Shown one piece after another: positions 40,066 through 51,596 of a stretch of 64,000 nt of DNA. How positions within the stretch are numbered: position 1 is the first letter of the stretch; each line of letters begins with the position of its first letter. The notes under the pieces are model-generated. The model saw only the letters and a list, made by a program, of their open reading frames with translations, was not told the DNA's origin and made no database searches. Both the position numbers and the translations under genes were made by a program. The stretch spans positions 8,620,001 to 8,684,000 of the forward strand of contig NC_045697.1 in NCBI RefSeq assembly GCF_009834535.1. The letters run 5' to 3'. Origin of the DNA: Camelus ferus (Eukaryota).

Positions 40066-40783
40066 TTTTTTTTTTAACATTTTTTATTGATTTATAATCA
40101 TTTTACAATGTTGTGTCAAATTCCAGTGTTCAGCACAATTTTTCAGTCATACATGGAGATATACACATTCATTGTCACATTTCTTTCTCTGTGAGCTACC
40201 ATAATGTTTTGTGTATATTTCCCTGTGCTATGCAGTATAATCTTGTTCATCTATTCTACAATTTTGAAATCCCAGTCTATCCCTTCCCACCCTCCACCCC
40301 CCTGGCAACCACAAGTCTGTATTCTCTGTCTATGAGTCTATTTCTGTCCTGTATTTATGCTTTGTTTTTGTTTGTTTGTTTGTTTGTTTTTTAGATTCCA
40401 CATATGAGCGATCTCATATGGTATTTTTCTTTCTCTTTCTGGCTTACTTCACTTAGAATGACATTCTTCAGGAGCATCCATGTTGCTGCAAATGGTGTTA
40501 TGTTGTCAGTTTTTATGGCTGAGTAGTATTCCATTGTATAAATATACCACATCTTCTTTATCCAGTCACCTGTTGATGGACATTTAGGCTGTTTCCATGT
40601 TTTGGCTATTGTAAATAGTGCTGCTGTGAACACTGGGGTGCAGGTGTCCTCCTGAAGTAGGGTTCCTTCTGGATACAAGCCCAGGAGTGGGATTCCTGGG
40701 GCATACGGTAAGTCTGTTCCTAGTCTTTTGAGGAATCTCCACACTGTTTTCCATAGTGGCTGCACCAAACTGCATTCCCACAA
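40066..40783 (-). mobile_element. Young 5'-truncated L1, sense to RAB28
   Basis: Uninterrupted 130-codon ORF2 C-terminus ([17 protein letters not shown]...EKEKYHMRSLICGI*) and T-tail at 40066-40075. Confidence 0.95.
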
Positions 40784-40872
40784 TTACTTTTTGCTTCTAG
40801 TAATTCTCCGACACTTTTATAGATTCTCTATATTGCTATAAGATTTGCCTAATCACTCTGAATTGTATTTCT

Positions 40873-40921
40873 TTTTTTGTATATATATATTTTATTGAAG
40901 TACAGTTTACAGTGTTGTGTC
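40873..40921 (-). mobile_element. Ultra-short (49 bp) L1 3' terminus
   Basis: ttttattgaagtacagtttacagtgttgtgtc, flanked by TSD aattgtatttct (40861-40872) / aattgcatttct (40922-40933). Confidence 0.7.
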
Positions 40922-41699
40922 AATTGCATTTCTATTACATAGTCACATACATATCTACAAACAGACCTATAAGCATTCTTAGGGGATAACGATGAATACT
41001 GTTAACTCTGTGGAGTCACAGAACAACATCAATAGCAGCCAACAGCAAGAGGGCAGGAAGGGGAGCATGTAAAAATTCATATTATTTCCACTTATTTAGT
41101 ACCATTCACTGGATTCCCTAAATTCCCTCTGGTGATGGATAATGGATAATTACTTCTTTAACTTCAGGATAAAATGTTAATTATAGGTCTAAATGAAGAC
41201 ATAACACCATGGAGTAAGTAAATCTTTCTATATTTGTGTCTGTCTACAACTTTTATTGCTTACTGACTTTTTTTTTAAATTCATGTTTCAGGCAGTCTCC
41301 ATAGGAACTCTTCCTAGAGATTTCATACTGACACAGGACTACACAGGTTTATCTGCAAAGTTGTACATGATAGATAGTATAATAAGGTCCAAGTTCAATT
41401 ATGCCTTTCATACATAGAATTGTATGGGAAAAAAAAAGAGGTGTTTTTGTCTTCCTTAAACACTAGTATATCCTGAGATCTTGCAAGGAACAGAAACCAT
41501 AGTAAGAATTGCTTCAATTAGCAATTGTATTATTGTTATTTAATTATTTTTTTATATTTCCCTCTATTTTCCAATTGCCGTCAATGGGAAACCATATATT
41601 AGATCCATTGGGAGATGGCAAATAATAAAACATAATTTAAAATAACAACAAAAAGCAAATAATAAAGACAAAACTGCCTAACAGCAATAGAATTCAGAG

Positions 41700-41920
41700 T
41701 AGCAAGAATAGCTAACATTTATTTAGCACCACAGCATTTTATAGGCACTTCACACATATTAAATCTTTTAACCCTCACAACAACCATCATTGACAGATGA
41801 GAAAACTAAAGCATAGACAGGATAGGTGTCTTACGTAAGGACCACATCTAGCGAGGGCTGGAGCCAGAACTCAAGCCCCAGGCAGTCCAGCTCTGGAGTC
41901 TGCATCTTAGCTCTCACACA
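41700..41920 (-). mobile_element. MIR SINE
   Basis: Contains aatagctaacatttatt, acagatgagaaaactaa and gaactcaagccccaggcagtc. Confidence 0.8.
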
Positions 41921-41934
41921 GCTGTCTCCTCATT

Positions 41935-44900
41935 ATGTAGTTTTTTGGGACTGTCTTTTTTTCACACAACATTGTTTCATTCATGTCTTCCCAAGTGGAA
42001 TAGTTTATTCACTTTCATTGCCATATAACATACCTTTATATGAACAGACCACATTTTATACATCTTTCTCCAATTGACACACTTGAATTGTTTCCAGTTG
42101 TTAGCTATTACCCTCAGTGAAGCACCATGACGTCCTTAGTACACGCCCTGTCACCTGATACATATGAGTAGCAGTCTAAGACATTCAGCAGAGGAAAACT
42201 GTTGAATCATAGGGTCTATGAACGTTCAATTTTACAGAATAGTGTCAAATTATTTTCAAATTGGTTGTACCAATTTATAATCCATCCAGCAGTGAAGATG
42301 AATTATTGTAGATTCACACTGTGTCTTATCACTTCTTAGGTTTCTTGATTTGTATCTCACTACTTGTCTGTGGTCTTATTTTCCATTTCCTTTACCCGTG
42401 ATGAGACTGCACTTATTCTCATACATCTCTGGGCTATCTGTTCCTCTTTTGTGAAATTCCTATTCATGTTTTATGTCCTTTTTTCTACTGAGTTGTCTTT
42501 CTTGTAGATTTGTGAAAGTATACTAATCTTTTGTCAGTTATTTGTGTTACACATACCTTCTCCCAGTTTGTGGTTTATCTCTTTGAATTATTTAATACAT
42601 CACTTGATAGAAACAAAAGTGTTTATCTTAAGTGGTTGATATATTCAACATTGAAATTTAGCCATTACTTCTTGTTTAAGAAATCCTTCCACATCCCAAG
42701 GTAGGAAAGTCATTTTTCATTTTTTTCTTCTAAAAAAGTTGTACCATTAACATTTCAGCCTTTAATCCATTTGGAACTAATTTCTGTCTGTGGCAGTAAT
42801 ACAGGCACTATTTTCTTCTTCTCTGTAAATATAAGCAACTATTCCAGGGCTACTTAATAAACATTCTCTTCTTTCTTGAAGATCTTCAACAGGACTTTCA
42901 CTATAGCATCAAAGTTCCCTTATGTGAGGCTTTGTTTCCAGCATCTCTGTTCTGTTTCCTTGAGTAAATCCCACATTGTCTTTATTACAAGCTATTTATA
43001 TAGAGATCTGATCACTGGCCTGGCAAATGCTCCTCACATGGTACATTAAGAACATACTGAATATCCTTCGCCCTTTATCCATCCACATACGTATTAGACT
43101 CAGTCTGCTTAAATACCACACACAAATAGCACTGGGCTTTGATTGAAATTATGCTGAATTGATAAATCAATTTAAGATGAACAGCCATCTTTATAATACT
43201 GAGTCGCTGTATCCCTGAACATGGGAGTTGTCTTCTTTTATTTGGGTCTTATATTAAAATTATATAATTTTCTCACACAGGGATTTTCAATGTAGCTATT
43301 CATATTGTCTGAGAATCTGGTAGTAGTTTTATTTCTTCCTTTTTAATATGTATGTTTTATATATCTTTTTTCTTACTTTTTTATAATAGCTAGGACTTCA
43401 AGAATGATGTTGAATACAGGAGTGCTGAGAGTGAACATCCTTGCCTTGTATCTGATCTTAGGAGGAAAGAATTCACTAATTCACTATCAAGTATGATGCT
43501 AACTGTAGGTTTTTCATAGATGCCATTTATCAGGTTGAAGAAGTTACTTCTTATTCCTAGTTTGCTCAGAGGATTTTTTTTTAATACCATGAACGAATGT
43601 TAAACTTTATCAAATGTTTTCATGTATTTATTGAGACCATCACATGGTTTTTCTCCTTCAGCCTACTGATACAGTAAATTATATTAATTGATTTTGAAAA
43701 CTGAACCAGCCTTGTATTTCTAGGATAAACCCCAGTTGATCATGATGTAGTATCCTTTTCATATATTACTAAATTCAAGTTGTTAATATTTCATAAAGGA
43801 TTTTCTGTGTCTACGTTCATGAGGGATGTTAGTCTGTAGTTTTCTTTCCTTCCACTGTCTTTTTCTGGGTTAAGTATCAGACGAATGCTGCTGTTATAAA
43901 ATGAGTTGAGAAGTGTTCCTTCCTCTTTCATGTTCTGGGAGGATATATACACAATTGATGTTATTCCTTCCATGTATGTTTGGTAGAATTCACCAGGAAA
44001 ATCATCTGGGTCTGTAGTTGTCTTTGTGGGAACATTTAAAATGATAGATTCAGTTTTTTCCCCCATAAGTACAGCAGTATTCAGGTTATCTATTTCTTCT
44101 TGAGTAAACTCTGGTAGTTTTCATCTTTAAAAGAATTTGTTCACTTAATCAGTTTAAATTTATGGAAGTAAAACTTTTCATTATATTCCCTATTCTTTCA
44201 ATGCCCACAGGATTTGTGGTAAATTCCCCTCTTTTATTCCTGATACCGTAATTTGTATCTTCTTTTTTCAAAGCCAGTTTGGCTAGAAGTTTATCAATTT
44301 TATTTATCTTTTCAAAGTAGCTTTTGATTTACTGATTTCTCTACTGCTTTTTCTTTCTACTTTTAACTTTACTTTTCTCTTTGTTCTGCTTGCTTTAGGT
44401 TTAATTGCCCTTCATCTTCTGTTTTCTCAAGGTGAAAGCTCATTTAGGTCACTGATTTTGAGAAATTTTTTTGTTTTAAACATAAGCATTTAATAATGCT
44501 AAACATTTCTCTCTAAACACTATTTAGCTGTTTCTCACAAATTTTGATATGTAGCATTTTCATTTTTGTTCAATTCAAAATATTTAATTTTTGTGACTTC
44601 CTCATTGATCCACAGGTTATTTAGAAATGAGCTGTTTAATTTCCAACTAATTGGGGATATTACAAATATCTTTATGTTATTGATTTCTAGTTTAATTCCA
44701 TTATCATCAGAGAACATATTCAATTCTTTTCACTTTGTTAAGGCTTTTTTTTTTTATAGGCCAGAATATGGTCTCTCTTGTTCCATGTGCACCTGAAAGC
44801 AACGAATATTCTGCCGTCGTCAGATTAAATGTACTGTAAATGTCAATCAGGTCCAGTTGGTTGATGTCTCTATATCCTTATTAATTAGTTTCTACATGTC

Positions 44901-45731
44901 CTATCAGTATTAGTCTCAACTGCAATGGTAAATTTGTCTATTTCTCTTCTCTGTTCTATTGGTTTCTTCTCTGAGCAGTTTGAAGTTCTGCTGGTGGGTT
45001 TATATACATTTAGGATTGTGATGCCTTTTTTGTGAATTGACCCTTTGATCATTATTTAATGTCTTTCTTTATCCCTGATAAATTCCTGGTATCTGGTATA
45101 ACACAGGTACTTCAACTTTCTTTTGATCAGAATTTGCAGAATGTATCTTTTTCCATCCTTTTACTTTTAACCTACCTGTATCTTCATATTTAAAGTGGGT
45201 TTCTAAAGAAGCTGTGGTATATATATACAATGAAATGCTACTCAGCCATTAAAAAGGATGAAGTAATGCCATTTACAGTAACATGGACAGACCTAGAGAT
45301 TATTATACTAAGTGAAAGTGCAGTAAGTCAGACAGAGGAAGATTTGATATCACATATCAAATCTGAAAAAATGGCACAAATGAACTTACTTACAAAACAG
45401 AAACAGACTCATAGACATAGAAAACAAACTTACGATTACCAAAGGGGAAAGGGCAGGGGAGGCATAAATTGGGAATGTGGGATTAGCAGATAGAAGCTGC
45501 TATATACAGAATAAATAACAAGGTCCTAATATGAAAAATAATTTATATATATGAACTGAATCGCTATGCTGTATGCCAGAAAGTAACACATTGTAAATCA
45601 ACTATATTTCAATTAAAAATAATAAAAATTTAGAAATTAAAAAAATAAAGTGGGTTTCTTATAGGCAGCATAGAGTTGAGTCTTGCTTTTCTATCCATTC
45701 TATCTCTGCATTTTAATTGGTGTATTTAAAC
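41935..45731 (-). mobile_element. Old L1 ORF2 fragments (endonuclease/RT region; probably more than one element)
   Basis: Minus-strand relics: FFNLINGIYEKPTVSII...TRQGCSLSALL, PDDFPGEFYQT...ENYRLTSLMNVD and FSDDNGIKLEINN. Confidence 0.88.
45205..45645 (+). mobile_element. L1 3' end nested in the older antisense L1
   Basis: Perfect 14-bp TSD taaagtgggtttct (45191-45204 and 45646-45659) and ORF2 end (YSAIKKDEVMPFTVTWTDLEIIILSE). Confidence 0.92.
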
Positions 45732-46051
45732 CAGGTGTTGGCAAAACGTTCTCTGTAAAGGGCCAGAGAGTAAATATTTCAGGCTTTGCAGGTCATATGT
45801 TCTTCACAGCAGCTACTCAACTCTGCCGCTGTAGTGAAAAAGCAGTTACAGACAAGATGCAAACAGATGAGTGTGGCTCTGTTCCAATAAAACTATTTAT
45901 GGACACTAAAATTTGATTTTCATATAATTTTCAGGTGTCAGGAAATATTATCCTTCTTTTGATTTTCTTCTAACCATTTAAAAATGTAAAAACCATTCTT
46001 AGGCAGTTGGCCACACAAAAAAAGCAGCATGCTGTAGTCTGCTGACCCTTG
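45732..46051 (-). mobile_element. MER58B-like hAT-Charlie element
   Basis: Starts caggtgttggcaaa...ctgtaaagggccag, contains ttccaataaaactattta and ends gtagtctgctgacccttg. Confidence 0.8.
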
Positions 46052-48164
46052 CTCTACAGCACTGCTCAAATGGTTCTTCTGTTTAAAACCCCTTAGCAGC
46101 TTTCTATAGCTCTTAGGAGAAAATCCAAACTCCTTAAAATATTGTCTCTGTTTCTCAACTCCTTCTGCCTTGTACCTTATGCTCCAGCTGCAACAAATAT
46201 AAATTTCTCTTATATTTTAGACTATTTCCTAGCTTCTGAGGCATTATTCATTTTTTTTTACTTCTTTCTGAACTGTTATTTCTTGTCCTTCTCTGTATGG
46301 CACATTTCTGCATATTAAGATTCTGTTTAAGTATTTACTTCTACTGTAAAGTCCTCCTGTATATCAAGTACATTACTCTAGGACAACACTATCATACTGT
46401 CTTTCCTACCACTGTGCTTGGTACATCAAAAGCACTCATGAATGAATGAATGAATGAATACTTCAACTACAAGAGGAAACGGAATGTGTGTAAATGTTTA
46501 CAACAGTAGGAACAAAGTCAAGTTCTAAGGTAGTTTTGTTTTTACAGTCATCAAAACACATTTTAACCAAACAGATTATAGACATTTTTTAAAATTTTCA
46601 TAAAAACTAAAAGCATTTTTCTAATTATAAAATATCACTTAGGCTTTACTATTAAACTGTAATGTAACAAACTCTCAGAAGATGGTGCTAGCCCAATATG
46701 TCAATAAACCAAAAAATAAATAAATAATAAGACAACTGACCAAAAAAAAAAGCTTCCTCTAAAAAAAAAAAAAAGGAATTACTTAAGGAAAAGGCACAAG
46801 TCCAGATAATTCCTAACAAAAACCTTCTTTCCAAAGAGGAAAACTTCATTCATGAACCTAAGACTAAAAACACAAAATTTAATCAATTTTACCAATTCTT
46901 ATTAAAATATAGAATAGCAATCAATAATCTTTAATGGTTAAAAAAGAGACCCTAGGAATAAGCTTAATTGCAAACCTAGAAAACATTCATTTCCACTAAC
47001 ATTCAGCTCATAGTCTCAATATATTAACATATCATATTATAATTCTATGGGTATAAATGGCAGGTGTAGAGAAGACAATGGAATAAAGAAAGAAACACGA
47101 TTATACAACCATCTTTGGTATTCAGCTTTAAACTGGTGTTGCACAATGCATTACACAAGTGACATATTTGAAATAGTTCACTATGCTGAAACTTCAATAT
47201 GCAATACAAATGCATGGAAATAAAAGTGTTTTTTTTTAAACAACCATATCAATGGTAATTTTGTACTTTATAAAGTTATGAAATTACTTCACTAATATTT
47301 AAAATCTATTTTGCTAAAATGTAATAAAAGTTTTGGACTTCTCTATCTGGCATAATTCATTCAACAATTATTTATTATACTGTCTTTTATACACAAGTGT
47401 TGCAGAAGAAAATAAAGCATTATAACAAAGTCTCATTTGGAGCCAAAAGTGGCATCAAATAACCCGAACGGTTAAGTAATCCTGTCTATTGCCAACAAAA
47501 AAGTCAACTGCAAAAGTCAAAAATATACTATCTTTGATATTAAATAAACATGATAAAAGCAAAACATACACTAACCAATTGCAATGAAAAAATGCATGTC
47601 ACTGAAACAGGTGTTCAAACTTTAAAGTTGCCAAAAAGAAAAGTACAAGACCTTATTTTATAATTGATCACATCATATTACATTACACAACTGGAGCATA
47701 ATGTGAAAATACGTCTCACTGTTGGTTGTCAAACACTTCTCACTATGCTTCTGTCATAATGCCAATTTATGACACTTCTATCTCACTCTAGGCCATTTAA
47801 ATGTAAAAACTTCTTTGGGTTTTTTTGTATGCTTCCAGCTCACTGTTTTGTTAAGTGGGTCTTTATGGTAAAAAGACTTCAACTATTTTTAAAAGATTGT
47901 TATGTCTACTTAAGTGTTTTTAAAACTAGTATTTAAGCACAATTAGGACTTTTAATCCAAACTATTAAAGGTTCAAAATACCACTGATATGTCAGATCAA
48001 ATATTAAACATGAGAATACACAGCAGCATTAAATAAGGAAAAGGTGCCAAGATTAGGAGAGAAACAGAAAAATTTCTGGAAGACAAAATGAACTGTTAGA
48101 AATAACTCTCTAAATACATGATCAAATATGAAAAGTTTCTAGCATGAACCCTGGAATAGGTAGG

Positions 48165-48824
48165 GTATATCAATTAGGGTTCAGTTCAGAGAGGCAGAAC
48201 CGGTATGGGTGATAAAGAAGAGAGATTTATTACAGTGGTCGGATCTTACTCAGCTGTGAGAGTTGCAGGAGTGGTAGGTGCAGGCTGTTGCCTCTGCATC
48301 TAGTCTTAACCCTGAAGTCACTATAGGTCAGCCTCAGGCCAGCAGGCAGCAAGGGAACTGGATAAGGAGAAGAGCAAGAGCAGACTGGAACCTGTAAGGA
48401 TGACAGGAACTGGCAACGACAAACCAAACTTGGCATCAGTCTATCACCAACCCAACCCTGACACCAAAGGTGACGTACAGGAAAAACATGCACCCTTCAC
48501 TTGGGAGCTATACACGCACGGCACATATTCAGAGATGCGGAAGGGGGAAATCTGGCAGGAGCTGAAGGAACTGAAGTCCACGTGCTACCCCAGACCTACA
48601 AAGTGAGCTAGCAAATCAGTGATGCGGCGTGAGAGCTGCCACAGTGCCTGGTACTCAGCACTGACCCTCAGAGAGTCAAAAAGCATGCTGGCCAATTCAC
48701 TTCCCTCTTAAAAGTCTTCCAGAAAATGTCTTTTGTGATCAATGCTAACTGAACAATACAGAGAAGGAAATTCTGGGAAATGTATTTCTGGTTAGCCAAG
48801 TTGACCCAGCACAATGTCACCACA
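48165..48824 (-). mobile_element. ERVL-family solo LTR (MLT2/LTR33/LTR41-like)
   Basis: Begins tatcaattagggttcagttcagagaggcagaacc and ends ggaaattctgggaaatgta...ccaagttgac...caccaca. Confidence 0.6.
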
Positions 48825-49733
48825 GAGAGAAACAGGTCAGTGCCCTCACATAACCTTAAGCTGTCATAAAGGCATAAAGAGAAAAAGAAAGATCAGCTGT
48901 ACAGTGATAAACTCCTTCCTAACTTCCACAGTGGACAGGGGTCTCAGTTACTGCTTGTCTGTATACCCATGGGAGAAGACTGATTGTCAATATGCTACCA
49001 ATACTCTACGTCAGCGTGAAATCTACTGCAAACCGTGAAGTTTGTCCTCAAATTCAAGGTAAGAATGGCTAAGAAAATTCAACAACACCCTTTATCATAA
49101 ATTTTTAAATCTAGATCAGTTACTAATACTATTAAATTCTATCTTTATATGTAAAGAGGAATAAGAGTCTACAGATCCTAAGAAATCAAAAACATGAATG
49201 TGAGGCCATAGAGCTGTTAACCCTCAAGAAAATAGTCAATAAAGACGATGAAGGACAAGGGAAAAAAACACATGCATCCCATTCGTGGTGTCTGCGATCT
49301 CTTCCCACTCCGGCAGGGGAGGCTGCGGCAGTGGCAACAGCTGCTGCTCATTCTGTTTCATTTCAGCCTTGTGGCTGCGGCGAAGGCTGCGGTAGGATGT
49401 GGAGGGCACTGAGGAAGGGTGAGCTCCTCTGGGATGGTAATATTCTATATCTTGATAAGGATATAGGTTATATAGGTGCATGACTTGTCAAAATCAGCAA
49501 AAGGTACACTTAATTTTTTTTTAATTTCACTGTAAGTAAATTTTACCACACACAAAAAACTGAACTCTAAGTAATGATATGTACAATGAAATATTTAGGT
49601 GTAAAGTGTAGTGTCTGCAACTAACTTTGAAATGCATCAAAATACAGATGACTGCTAGATGACAGAGGGATAGGTAGATGGACAGGTATGTGATAAAGCA
49701 AACATAGCAGAATGTTCACTATAAACTCTAGAT

Positions 49734-50063
49734 CAGAGGTCAGCAAACTATAGTCTGTGGGCCAAATCTGATCTGCCACCTTCTTATGGCCCATGAACTA
49801 AGAATAGTTTTTACATTTTTAAAAAGTTGAAACTAAATGAAAAGAAGAATAATTCATGACATATGAAGTACAAAATTCAAATTTCAGTATCTATAAATAA
49901 AGTTTTATTGGAACACAGCCACATTCATTTATTTACATACTGTCCATGGCCGGACTGATTACTGCAATGGGACAGGTAAATAGTTACAACAGATGCTGTA
50001 TGTCTTGCAAGTCATAAAATATTTACTATCTGGCTCTTTTCAGAAAAGTTTGTTGAACTTTTG
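49734..50063 (+). mobile_element. MER58B-like hAT-Charlie element inserted in an old L1 3'UTR (about 49415-50155)
   Basis: Starts cagaggtcagcaaactatagtctgtgggccaaatc. hAT-type 8-bp TSD ctctagat / ctttagac. Confidence 0.85.
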
Positions 50064-50472
50064 CTTTAGACAGTGAGTATACACTGGTGTTTACTATAAA
50101 ATTCTTTCAACTTTTCTGTATGTTAAACAATTTTTATAAGAACGTTTAAAAAAAACCAGAGCAATAATCATAAACTGATTCTACAGTGGCCATGGTAGGG
50201 GAGGGGAGGGTCTATCAGTTCTGGGTGCTGCAACCAGCTCTTCTAAATCCTACTGGCATGTGTGTGGAATTGCAAGAAGGTCAGAAAACTAGAACCAAAA
50301 AATGCTCTGTCCTTTAAAAACAACCTAGAAACATTCTACCCATCAGCCAATAGAAGTGTCAGGGAAGCCCGATATTATAAGAAGTCTTAGGTCAAAGAAA
50401 GAAAAGTTTAAAAAACATCCATGAGAAATCAAAACATCAAGCCTTCCCCCATTCTCACTTCTAGTTGAAGAC

Positions 50473-50916
50473 TAGTATTGGTTTCCAAGGGGTGCTCAAA
50501 GTACCACAAAATAGGTGGCTTGAAACAATAGAAATTTATTCTCTCTCAGTTCTGGAGGCTGGAAGCCAGAAATCAAAGTATTGGCAGGGCCATATGCCCT
50601 CTGAAGGCCCTTGAAAAGAATCCTTTATTGCCTCTTAATTTCTTACGGCTACCAGCAAACCTTGGCATTCCTTGGCTTGTAGCTCCATCACTCTGATCTC
50701 TGCCTCCATTCTCACATGGCTTTCTTTTTTAAGTGTCTGAGTCTCTGTCCAAATTTCTCTCTCCTAATAAGGATATCAGTCAACCCTAATTAAGTATGAC
50801 TCATCTTAACTTGATTACATCTGCAGAGACTCTGTTTCCAAATAAGTCACACTCACAGGTTCTGGAGGTTAGGATTTCAACATACCTTTTAGGGGGAAAC
50901 AATTTAACCCACAACA
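50473..50916 (-). mobile_element. MaLR solo LTR (MLT1C-like) inserted in an L2 fragment
   Basis: Contains aatttattctctctcagttctggaggctggaag and ends aatttaacccacaaca. Perfect 5-bp TSD aagac (50468-50472 and 50917-50921). Confidence 0.88.
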
Positions 50917-51596
50917 AAGACTGTGCTTCCCATTTCACTGAGAAACTAGAAACAGTCAAAAGACCTTCTGCATGTCACCAGATCTACACATCAAACACAG
51001 TATAGGCAGTTGTCTATACTCCTGTTAGTATGAATCCATGCTCCTATTTAAAGTCAAACCATTTATTTGTATACTAAATCCTATCCTCTCTCTACTACTT
51101 AATGACATCACTCCAGCAATTTTAACATCTCTCTCCTAAATCACCAATTTTACTCATGCTACTATTTCGTTTCTATCAGCAAACATATTTCTCCTATCCT
51201 AAAAATAAAAAGCAAAAACAATTTAAAAACTCTTGACCCCACTCCCCCTTCCATTTCTCTGCTTTCTTTACAGCATACTCCTCAGAAGAATCACCTATAC
51301 TTATTAATTCTAATCTCACTTTTGTCCTCACAACTTCACCAAAAGATAAACAACGAATTGTTGCTAAAGCCAATAGTTAAGTATTGTTCCTCTTTCTACT
51401 TACCTATCAGCAGCATTTGACATACTTGAATTCCTCCCTCCTTGGAACATTCTCTTCAACTAGCTTCAGGAATATCATACTTAATACTAAAATCAGACAA
51501 GTAACATTCTATGAAATATTCTATAGCTACAGTAAGACACGGTACTTTTAAGGCATTCTTTGAAATTACTTCAATTTCATCAAGAATATCCACAAG

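Noticed and set aside
40391..40783. 130-aa ORF, and similar ORFs at 15800, 33898, 45230, 51915, 55242-55717 and 63670, as host genes or active elements
   Set aside because: These are fragments of 5'-truncated L1 ORF2, with no promoter, ORF1 or complete reverse transcriptase.
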